Shown piece after piece: positions 11,335 through 19,895 of a stretch of 64,000 bases of DNA. Every line of letters starts with the position of its first letter. Within the stretch, counting starts at the first letter, position 1. Below the pieces are notes generated by a model. The model worked only from the letters and a program-made list of their open reading frames with translations. It was not told the DNA's origin and ran no database searches. Source of the stretch: Schizochytrium sp. TIO01 (taxonomy: Eukaryota; Protista; Bigyra: Labyrinthulomycetes); contig SMSO01000008.1 of the NCBI GenBank assembly GCA_004764695.1, forward strand, positions 682,001 to 746,000, read 5' to 3'. The translations under genes and the position numbers were made by a program.

Positions 11335-14300
11335 ATGGAGGGCCATGCAAGGCTGACTAGCGCCGATGGTCGGCTAACGTACGTGTTACACTTGGGAAGC
11401 AACAGAGTTGGACGTGCCAAGAGCGCTTGCGAGATTGTACTCAACAGCTCGAGATCCATCTCAAGCAAGCATGCAGATTTACAGGTGTCCATGAACGAAG
11501 AAGGTGCATTGGTGATTACGCTTGCTGATCTAGAGTCGACAAACGGAACATTTGTCAATGGAACTCATTTGACCGGACGGCGTCAACGCCCGGTACGATT
11601 GCAGGATGGGGATGTCTTGCGATTTGGCTACGACGAAAGATCCTTTATTGTGAATTTGCGGCAACCAGGGGAGGATGCTGCTGACCACGATGTCCAGGAC
11701 AGCATATCGGCTCCTATAGAGAGCCCAAGGCCCATGATGTCACCTATTGCGGACCTAGAGCTGCCTGATGATGAAGAGGATGCTGACGATGGTGTTGCCG
11801 GGCACTCTGTGGCGCCGACTACTACTTCTGCAGGACCAACACTGACCCCAGCAAGAGAAAGGTTCAGAGTAAATGTAGTGCCATCATCATATCAGAATAA
11901 CGCAACCGCAGCTGATATGGAGGAATGGGCTAGGAAGATTGCCTCACTGCAACAGCGCATCGAACAAGTTGAAGCAGTCGCAAACTCGCCACGACTTGCT
12001 CACGCTGCCAGGGAACTTTCGAAAGGAACTCAGAACATGTCTAGCCGAGATACCAAAGCTATACAAAACTTGAGTGAACGTGTGAGTGAACTTGAGAATG
12101 CAGCCCAAGAAAGAAAGCGGCAGCGCTCACCACACATGAAGCAAGCACCAAAACGGGGATATGGCTCTGAGTATAATCAACATAAAATTTACGAACAAGA
12201 AGAGGAAGACGAGGAGGAGGGGCAACAGGTAGGAAGCGAGGATGAGGACGAGGTAGACAGCATTTCAAAACAGCGTACTCCACTACGCCAGCAACCAAGA
12301 TCCCCGCTGAGGCAACGCCAATTTGCATCAAGGGCGAATGATCATCATCCATTTTCGCCAAATATTCAATTATCGCCCATTAGGGCATCCCCAACGCACT
12401 TCTCCAAGGGAGATGTAGATGATTCTATGCGGCACCCTGTAAATTCGAATGCCAGATTTCCGTCCGAATCGGCGCAAGGGGCAAGTCCAGGTTCTTGGTC
12501 TTTTGACTATGGGAGCTTTGACCGGCGCAAGGATGCTAGTTTCTTTTCTAATGATCCAAATGAAGCCTCAGATGCAGCTTTTATGTCTGAGGCAACACCT
12601 AAACCAAAATCAGAAAAAATTAAACACCGATACGGTGTGAAAGACAATGCATGGGGACCACAAGCTCTAAACCCTGACGATATTATTGTAGATGATGATA
12701 ATGAAAAAGAAGCCTCCGAGAAAGATACTACGAAGCACCCTATCGCGTCAAAAGAGACCATGTACATAGGAGTTCGATTGCTTGGGCGAGTATGGAGGCG
12801 GCATGAACTTTCTTTGCTTCGAAATTCCTGGCTTCAGTGGAGGCTTCTCACTCAGATTGTAAATTACGAGTCACAACAATTTGAGTTCACTCGCCAGCAT
12901 TCCCAAAGCATGTGTAAAGTATATTTTCTAGCTTGGAGGTCTCTTGCAAGAAATAATGGTATCCCAGAGCTCATATCTCCGCAGAATGTGCCTTCTCCGA
13001 AATCATCTCCAAAAACGGGCAAGTCCAGTGCTGGAAGGAATACATCTGTACACGATTTCTCGACGAGAACTAAAAACTCAGCGTATGACTCAGCAACTTC
13101 GAACAACCCACTTTCTAACATACCTAAGGAAAGGATGATAGACGTTGCATCTTTGTGGCAAAATCTTGCAAATCATCTGTCTCAAACTGAATTACGCCAT
13201 GAACAAGATAAGCTTTTGTATTTGCTATCACACCTTCGAGCCTATCAGGTTGCTCGGAAGGAGTCCACTCGCATTTATCCTAAAGAGCATCACGCGATGC
13301 ATGTTGACTCTTCTGAAAAGACGCAGTCGCGTTCGCAAGAAGCGGAACATGCTCTTCTTGGAGAGCTCCAAGACTTGACGGAGGAGCTTCGTATTAGCGA
13401 GCAAGCAAGTGCATTGAAAGATGTTAACTTTATACTACACAAGCATACATTATCATCTTTAGCCCGAGCTCTGGGGAAATGGAAACTCTTGAACCGTCAA
13501 GAACGGCAAAAGAAGCGTACTGAGTTGTTGAATCGTTTCCTTACACGAATCACCCAACAAGAGAGGGTCGCGATAGCTAGGTCCATGGCTACGTGGAAAC
13601 ATTGTATGATAAATCTCACGATTTCTCGGCGTGCTGCTGCTGTGCAATACTTAAAGAACGTCGCAACTTTCACACAAGAACGCCAGTTGCGGCGCGTCTT
13701 CTCAAAGTGGCTGGTTCATACTACAATGGTACATCCAAGAATAAAGGAAGGTAGCACTGGATCTGTCACGACATCTCAGGCTTTAGCACTAGTTAATCTT
13801 GGTAAGATAGCACAAAGTCAGCTTGCGGGTGCCTTTTCTCATTGGCATGTTTTGGCGCAAATTGCTAAATCTAAGCATAACGCGGCATATCAGCTTAATC
13901 GTATGTTTCGTTTACATTGTGTGAAATTGCTTGCGCAAGGATTTACACAATGGCGATACGCGGCTCTTTTAAATCGCACTCGGGCAATGGGACAGACTGG
14001 CTTGACACTATGGTCTGTGAATTTTGTGCAAAGGCGCTATCGAGCGCGTGATATTATCACAAGGAACTTCACTCAGTGGCGAAAAATTGCTCGGCAAGCT
14101 CTTACAGAAAAGCGCAGGCTAGTTCGTTTGCTTTACCGTAAGGTACGTATTGCAAAACTCTTACACGCCCTGCACAGATGGCATCAACTTATCTATATGA
14201 ATGATCAATCTGTACCACAGCAAAGCCCAACACAGCGAAGTCCGTACGGCGAAACTATTTCAAGCCTGCCAGCGCTCCTCACACCGCAACTCGGCGATAC

Positions 14301-17300
14301 CGATGATCAAATCTTCAAGACCAATCAACCTTATGCAGCATCACAAATGCTTCATTCTAAGCTCCCACAACTACAAGAACAAGTAGGAAAGCTTAGAGGA
14401 GCTCTACATACATTCCCTGGAGCAGTGGAGAAGCTTCAACAAGTAGACCACCAACCAGGTAGAGACACCTTCTCTGATGAGGCAGCTGTTGAAGCTCTCG
14501 AAAACGACCTTGAACAACTTGTTAGCGCTTTAGAGGGTGCACAAGACGGGCATGAGTCAGACCAGAGGAACATACGCCGCCTTGAGACTGAAGTAAAAGA
14601 GCTACAATGTCAATGTGAAAAACTCAAGGAACTGGCAAATCAAGTGCAAGCGACTAGTTTAGCGCCGTCACTGCCTTTGTCGCTGCCCTCCGAGAAAGAG
14701 GTGAACCACAGGGTTGGAGTGGCTAGGTCCTCACAAAACGGTTCTACCGCAGAAACCCAGAGTCAGAATCTAGAGAATGTTCTACAGAGCATTAAAGGTA
14801 TGCTAAGAGGCATAAAATCAGAGACATCACCCATTATGGAATCTGCAAGTTTCTTGCAGAGACTTGACGCTATGGAGACTCGAATTTTAGAAGCAGAGAA
14901 GACAACAAGAAGCCAACTCGAGGCCCTCGAGCATGCTTCGCAGGCTCAGATCAAGGCTCAGGAGCAGGAGCGCAAGGCTATTCAGGCTACCTTAGAATCT
15001 GTAGAAAGACGCAGTACAGAAAGCAGTTGTGATAGCCGTCGTGTGGCCAGACCTCAGAGTGTCCCCCCGCGACCTCGCCCACACACAGCCTCTTCTGCTC
15101 AGCACGAATCAGTGCAAAGCCAGTCGAATACTAACGCAAGGAGTGTGCGCGGCAAATCACAGTCCTTATCACCTAGAGCCTCACGAAAACCTATTGCTGC
15201 GTCTTCAACCAGAGTCCGTTCTGGAAGCACAAATGGGCAAAAGTCAGAAGTAGAAAAGTTGCGAGCAGAATTGAATAAGTCCCAAAACCGAGTCAAGGCA
15301 CTTGAGGCTCGAAATGAAAAACTTTTAGCTAAATATACCTCTCGATTGAAAGAGCGACCTTCGATCCTGGCCCCACAAGTTGGTACCCGTGCAAAGAAAC
15401 AGGCATCATCAAGCCCTTCACACAACCAAGACGTAGCATTCAACGCTAGCTCCCAAGTACACGAAGGCACTACTACAAATGAGGGCACTGAGCCTAAAAG
15501 CCTGCCTTCTCCTTCAAAAGTCAAAGACGAAAAACAGAATTCAACTGAAGTTGATCAGGTACGCATCGAGGAAATTCAACGATCTGTAGAGAAGGCTCGT
15601 CGTGAGGTACTGGATCACGTGGCTCGTCAACATGTGAAATACTCATGCTTGAGAAATGTTTTTGGAAAGCTTGATCGAGCCAGGACACGGCGAAACTATC
15701 TCCGTTTGTATTTCCGAGAGTGGTTTGCTTGTGCGCAAAAGCTCAGAAAAAGTCGTCAAGAAAGAGCTATTGCGGCACGTGGATGGGCTCCGCGAAAGAT
15801 GCTTGCCAAAACCTTTCGCATGTGGCGACGTGTCCCATTGGCAAGAAAGGTCTGGCATAGGTTAATCATGTATCGCTGCCAGACTTCACGGACCATGCAG
15901 CTTTGGAAGGCATTTATGCTATGGAAACAATTTGAGAAGCGTACTGTCATGCAAGTAGAAAAGCTCAAACAGATGCGCAGGCTGTTGATGCGTCGAAGGC
16001 GGATGGTAACTAGGTGTCTTAAGCGGCATATGGAGCGGCATATCCGTCGAGCTTTTGATGTATGGAGGTCTAAAACGCAAATTCTACATCGGTCGGGGCG
16101 AATTTTGCTTTTTCAGGCTAAACAACAGGAAAGAAGCCTCATGAAAGTAATAATTTCCCAGTGGCAACGCACCACAAAAGAGGCGGCACAGAAGAGGCGT
16201 AAAATATTTCGTTATTGTACCACAAGACGTTTACAACGTATGTTTCGGCACTGGGCCAAAGAGACTTACCAAACAAAACGTATTAAACGGTTTCGATCGC
16301 ATCACGCTGGGCGGGCTCTTGCGTCAAGTTTCTGGTCCTGGCGAAGCATTACTCAATGGAGACATGAAAAGGTTCAAAGGCTTGTAAATAAGCAGAAAGT
16401 CCAGACTTTGACTTCTGCGTTCCGCGATTGGATTGCGTCGACGCAGATTTCTTTAGCTCAGCAAGATTTCATGAGGCATACAATTTTGCGTATGAAACGA
16501 TATTTGCTCAAAATTGGTTGGAGAAAACTGTATGAGCACTATATTGGAGAGAAGGAGATTGCAAATGCTCGACTACAGGTATCCGGCAAAGTTCAAGAGC
16601 TCGCAGAACGAACCAATCGGCTATTGGCCAAGAATAACGAGTTTTTGGATTTTGGTGATGAGTTTTTCTTTGATGGTGGTGATGAAAGTATGCCCATGGA
16701 AGAAGTTGATGTAACTTCGCTAGACGATTCTGCTTTCTTCTTAGAGAATGACGCTGGTGACGGGGATTTGCCACTAGAAGATAGCTTTAACAATTCTGCG
16801 AGTAGCGTCAGAAGAACATTAAATCAGACTCCTCATCGGAAAGATTCAGCAAAAAGTGTACGGCGAGTATCGAAAAGTGCGAAAGAAGATCCTAAGAATC
16901 CTGAGAATCCAGGGGATGGAGCCTCTGGAGAAGTTATCTCGAATCGCTTTCCTGGAGGTGTGCTAATGTTCCCGATATCTCCATCAAAGAACCATCGCAA
17001 GAAGCGCTCCAAGGCGACTTCCCCGAAAGGTAGGAGCTTACAGCAACGCTTGTTCGGTTCTAAGCAACAAGCATCCTCAGAGGTAAACAACGAAAAAATC
17101 AAAAGTCCAAATGAGAACTTTAATTCTACTAATGGCCAATCTCGAGCTCTAGGTACACCAATGTCTCAAAAAGGAAAAAACAAGCTTCGATTTGACGATC
17201 CAAAGAAAGCCCTTCAAAGTGGAGACCGCCTCGCAGAACGGCAACAAATGCTAATTGAGTCGCTTCTCGGGCATGTACAAAGCTTGGCGCGAAACGACGA

Positions 17301-18045
17301 ACAAAAGAGACGGCTTCTAGCAGCTGTAATAGTACCACGAAGTGAAGGGGAAGGTAAAGCCACAACCCAGTCACGGGGACTTGTTATTCGTCACCTCCAA
17401 GAGATTGATGAACTACGAGTTGAGCTGGATGCTCTGCGACGCCTCAGCCAACAGCAAGAGAAAGCTGCAGCCCGAAATCTGCGTACAGTAAACAAAGAAA
17501 AGGACAAGCTGGAGGAGGAGTTGAAACAAGTTCAACGGAAAGCAGATCGCAAGCAGCGGGTTGCCGAGGAGCATTTGCGCGATGCAGAAAAGCGTCTGAG
17601 CAAGCTCAACCAGTTCTTGCTGAGGCAGGGTGCTATGGAGACAACAAATGGATGGGCAGGTCCTGTTGAAACAAATGAAGCCTTAGCTCTCCTTCGTGCT
17701 CAGGTAGGTGCCTCCCGCAAATCCGAAGTAAAGACACGCGGACGCTTCCGCGAGCTAGCAGAAGCCCATGTGAAGTTGCGTCAAGAATATGATATTCTTC
17801 AAAAAATGTACGAGGAACGTTTTCAACAAACTAGATTACATGATATTATTCATACACTCAAGGCCCAACTAGGTGACTTGCGCGCTCGCAACAGTCTTGA
17901 CGTCCAAGTAAAGCGGGCCAAGGACCTATTTCCTTTGAGTTTTCAGACTAAGTTACTCACAGTAGAGGATGCAATTGAGCACCTTGTTCCTCCTGATCCT
18001 GAGCTAGACTCTGATATGAAAATTGAGATATCTTCCATTATGTAG
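11335..18045 (+). CDS. Large FHA-domain protein with Sfi1-like (centrin-binding) repeats and coiled coils; probable basal body/centrosome protein
   Basis: FHA motifs VGR, ISSKHA, DLESTNGTFVNG, LQDGDVLRFG at the N-terminus; about 17 L-x2-F-x2-W type repeats in two clusters; long coiled coils. First ATG is at 11335. Confidence 0.8.
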   Translation: MEGHARLTSADGRLTYVLHLGSNRVGRAKSACEIVLNSSRSISSKHADLQVSMNEEGALVITLADLESTNGTFVNGTHLTGRRQRPVRLQDGDVLRFGYDERSFIVNLRQPGEDAADHDVQDSISAPIESPRPMMSPIADLELPDDEEDADDGVAGHSVAPTTTSAGPTLTPARERFRVNVVPSSYQNNATAADMEEWARKIASLQQRIEQVEAVANSPRLAHAARELSKGTQNMSSRDTKAIQNLSERVSELENAAQERKRQRSPHMKQAPKRGYGSEYNQHKIYEQEEEDEEEGQQVGSEDEDEVDSISKQRTPLRQQPRSPLRQRQFASRANDHHPFSPNIQLSPIRASPTHFSKGDVDDSMRHPVNSNARFPSESAQGASPGSWSFDYGSFDRRKDASFFSNDPNEASDAAFMSEATPKPKSEKIKHRYGVKDNAWGPQALNPDDIIVDDDNEKEASEKDTTKHPIASKETMYIGVRLLGRVWRRHELSLLRNSWLQWRLLTQIVNYESQQFEFTRQHSQSMCKVYFLAWRSLARNNGIPELISPQNVPSPKSSPKTGKSSAGRNTSVHDFSTRTKNSAYDSATSNNPLSNIPKERMIDVASLWQNLANHLSQTELRHEQDKLLYLLSHLRAYQVARKESTRIYPKEHHAMHVDSSEKTQSRSQEAEHALLGELQDLTEELRISEQASALKDVNFILHKHTLSSLARALGKWKLLNRQERQKKRTELLNRFLTRITQQERVAIARSMATWKHCMINLTISRRAAAVQYLKNVATFTQERQLRRVFSKWLVHTTMVHPRIKEGSTGSVTTSQALALVNLGKIAQSQLAGAFSHWHVLAQIAKSKHNAAYQLNRMFRLHCVKLLAQGFTQWRYAALLNRTRAMGQTGLTLWSVNFVQRRYRARDIITRNFTQWRKIARQALTEKRRLVRLLYRKVRIAKLLHALHRWHQLIYMNDQSVPQQSPTQRSPYGETISSLPALLTPQLGDTDDQIFKTNQPYAASQMLHSKLPQLQEQVGKLRGALHTFPGAVEKLQQVDHQPGRDTFSDEAAVEALENDLEQLVSALEGAQDGHESDQRNIRRLETEVKELQCQCEKLKELANQVQATSLAPSLPLSLPSEKEVNHRVGVARSSQNGSTAETQSQNLENVLQSIKGMLRGIKSETSPIMESASFLQRLDAMETRILEAEKTTRSQLEALEHASQAQIKAQEQERKAIQATLESVERRSTESSCDSRRVARPQSVPPRPRPHTASSAQHESVQSQSNTNARSVRGKSQSLSPRASRKPIAASSTRVRSGSTNGQKSEVEKLRAELNKSQNRVKALEARNEKLLAKYTSRLKERPSILAPQVGTRAKKQASSSPSHNQDVAFNASSQVHEGTTTNEGTEPKSLPSPSKVKDEKQNSTEVDQVRIEEIQRSVEKARREVLDHVARQHVKYSCLRNVFGKLDRARTRRNYLRLYFREWFACAQKLRKSRQERAIAARGWAPRKMLAKTFRMWRRVPLARKVWHRLIMYRCQTSRTMQLWKAFMLWKQFEKRTVMQVEKLKQMRRLLMRRRRMVTRCLKRHMERHIRRAFDVWRSKTQILHRSGRILLFQAKQQERSLMKVIISQWQRTTKEAAQKRRKIFRYCTTRRLQRMFRHWAKETYQTKRIKRFRSHHAGRALASSFWSWRSITQWRHEKVQRLVNKQKVQTLTSAFRDWIASTQISLAQQDFMRHTILRMKRYLLKIGWRKLYEHYIGEKEIANARLQVSGKVQELAERTNRLLAKNNEFLDFGDEFFFDGGDESMPMEEVDVTSLDDSAFFLENDAGDGDLPLEDSFNNSASSVRRTLNQTPHRKDSAKSVRRVSKSAKEDPKNPENPGDGASGEVISNRFPGGVLMFPISPSKNHRKKRSKATSPKGRSLQQRLFGSKQQASSEVNNEKIKSPNENFNSTNGQSRALGTPMSQKGKNKLRFDDPKKALQSGDRLAERQQMLIESLLGHVQSLARNDEQKRRLLAAVIVPRSEGEGKATTQSRGLVIRHLQEIDELRVELDALRRLSQQQEKAAARNLRTVNKEKDKLEEELKQVQRKADRKQRVAEEHLRDAEKRLSKLNQFLLRQGAMETTNGWAGPVETNEALALLRAQVGASRKSEVKTRGRFRELAEAHVKLRQEYDILQKMYEERFQQTRLHDIIHTLKAQLGDLRARNSLDVQVKRAKDLFPLSFQTKLLTVEDAIEHLVPPDPELDSDMKIEISSIM

Positions 18046-19177
18046 CATTAGCATTAGCATTAGCTGCCGCAGTATTTGCAATTTTAAAAAGGTCATCATC
18101 GGCCACATCAATGGTGGGGAACACTCTATCCTCATGTCGCCTTGATACTGCTGAGGTTGTTGTTTTTGTTGTTTTAATAAATTTTTCATATTCTTCAGGT
18201 TCTGCCGCATGATTTCGATCATGCCACAAGTCAAGTAGCACTCTGTACTTATTCCACGCCGCATAGACAAGTGGCACTGTGATGACAAATATAATACCGC
18301 TAACCACGAGTGCCGCTACACTATCAACTTGTGCTGAGTCCAGTTCAGGATGTGTTGTGACCACAATTGACGCAGCAAGAACTGTAACACTTCGTAAGGT
18401 GTCTGCCACCACGTGCGTCCACGCTGAGCACATGTTTACGTTTCCTGTTGCCCCCTCCTCCTCCCAGCCCTTTGAGAATCGTGAGGATGACTTTCCCAGA
18501 AATCCTAATGGGTTGAGCCTTGCCCTTTTCAAAAATAATACCACACAAACTAGGTCAACTGTGAGATTTACACTCGAGAACGCTAGCATCCAGCCCTCAT
18601 GAACTGATTTCCGGCCATGCATTTCTAGCTCATTTACAGCTGACCAGGTCACGAATGCTAGCACTGCGCAAAGGCTTGCGGCACTTGCCATGGGAACGAA
18701 GACCTCAAGACGTATAAGCTCCTTTGGTGAAAGCTCTCCTTCATGTCGTTTTCGTCGCTCAGCATATAGGTTAAGAGCGTACGAGCAGGTGTCCACGAGC
18801 ATTGAGGCGCCATCGCTTGCGAGCGAGAGGCTCCGAGAAGCAGCTGCTGCAATGAGCTGCGCGATAGCCAAGCCGCCGAAGACTGCTGCCACAATACGCA
18901 AAATTTCCAGATCATTAGGTGCAGAAATAGATGAAGGTGGACTTGACGAGCGAAATGATGATGGACTTGACGATGGTGAGGATTTTGGAAAAGATGGGGA
19001 ATGGACCGACATCGGCGGCGACGATGAGACTGATGATGGCAGCAATGAGGGTGAAGAAGACGAAGAAGAAGAGGAAGAGGAGGAGGAGGAGGAGGAGTAG
19101 GACATGCAGTCAGAGTTGGAGTCGACTGGTTCGATGCGAGCATCGTCCTCGAGGGAGGAGTCGTGGAGTGTTAGCAT
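18038..19177 (-). CDS. Cation diffusion facilitator (CDF/ZnT) family metal transporter
   Basis: SLSLASDGASMLVDTCSYALNLYAE (TM2), RLEV, NMCSAWTHVVADTLRS (TM5), six hydrophobic helices, poly-Ser N-terminus. Start is uncertain (ATG 19177 or 19105). Confidence 0.85.
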   Translation of the reverse strand: MLTLHDSSLEDDARIEPVDSNSDCMSYSSSSSSSSSSSSSSSPSLLPSSVSSSPPMSVHSPSFPKSSPSSSPSSFRSSSPPSSISAPNDLEILRIVAAVFGGLAIAQLIAAAASRSLSLASDGASMLVDTCSYALNLYAERRKRHEGELSPKELIRLEVFVPMASAASLCAVLAFVTWSAVNELEMHGRKSVHEGWMLAFSSVNLTVDLVCVVLFLKRARLNPLGFLGKSSSRFSKGWEEEGATGNVNMCSAWTHVVADTLRSVTVLAASIVVTTHPELDSAQVDSVAALVVSGIIFVITVPLVYAAWNKYRVLLDLWHDRNHAAEPEEYEKFIKTTKTTTSAVSRRHEDRVFPTIDVADDDLFKIANTAAANANANAT

Positions 19178-19895
19178 TGGATAAGTTACAAATGCCCAAA
19201 TGCTTACCACAGGTTCGCGTGCGAGTGGCTACGAGGCTCTGAAAAGCCTGGCTTGATAAGCTGGGCGAGTGGACTTGGGGATTGGAGGTGAGATCTTCCC
19301 CTTGATGTTGTCCTGGTGCACTGGTTCATTTGGATGAGTTTTCCAGTGGTTAGTTACCGGAGGGTGCAGAACAGCAGCTAGGTAGCACCACAATAGATTT
19401 GGTTCTAGTTTGCCTACCTAAATAACAAGAATTACATTGGTAGGAAGGCACTAGGTAGTCGTAGTTCCAGGTTTCATGCTATCAGAAAAGGGAAAAAAGC
19501 GATCGTGACTCGAAGAAAAGCAGTCATAATGATTAACAATCCAGAACTCAAGATCATTCGCACTTGTCGATATCAGGATGACGTGTAGGCTGTCAAAGAA
19601 AGTTAACAATAAGTAAGCACTGCAAGGACAGTCTTCTGGAGATGTGAAGAAAGGGTTCTAATTTTAGCAAGGAAGCTGTCTAGATTTCATGTCCTCAGCT
19701 GACAGTATGTAGAAGACTGCTTCGATGTAATCACTTTGGAACTTAGTGTCGAAAAGTTGAGTTCGCATTGTAATGAACATCCTGTCCACATTCACTGAAA
19801 GCTTGACAAGAGCGGCAGAGGAGGATGGGAACTATGTTTGTGGCAGTAAATAATCGCTAAAAATGGAATTTAAAATAAATTATGCAAGAGCTGCT

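Noticed and set aside
19126-19207. Possible 5' intron in the CDF gene (GTAAGC donor, GCTAAC branch on the minus strand)
   Set aside because: Plausible, but no in-frame upstream exon was found; left unannotated without transcript data.
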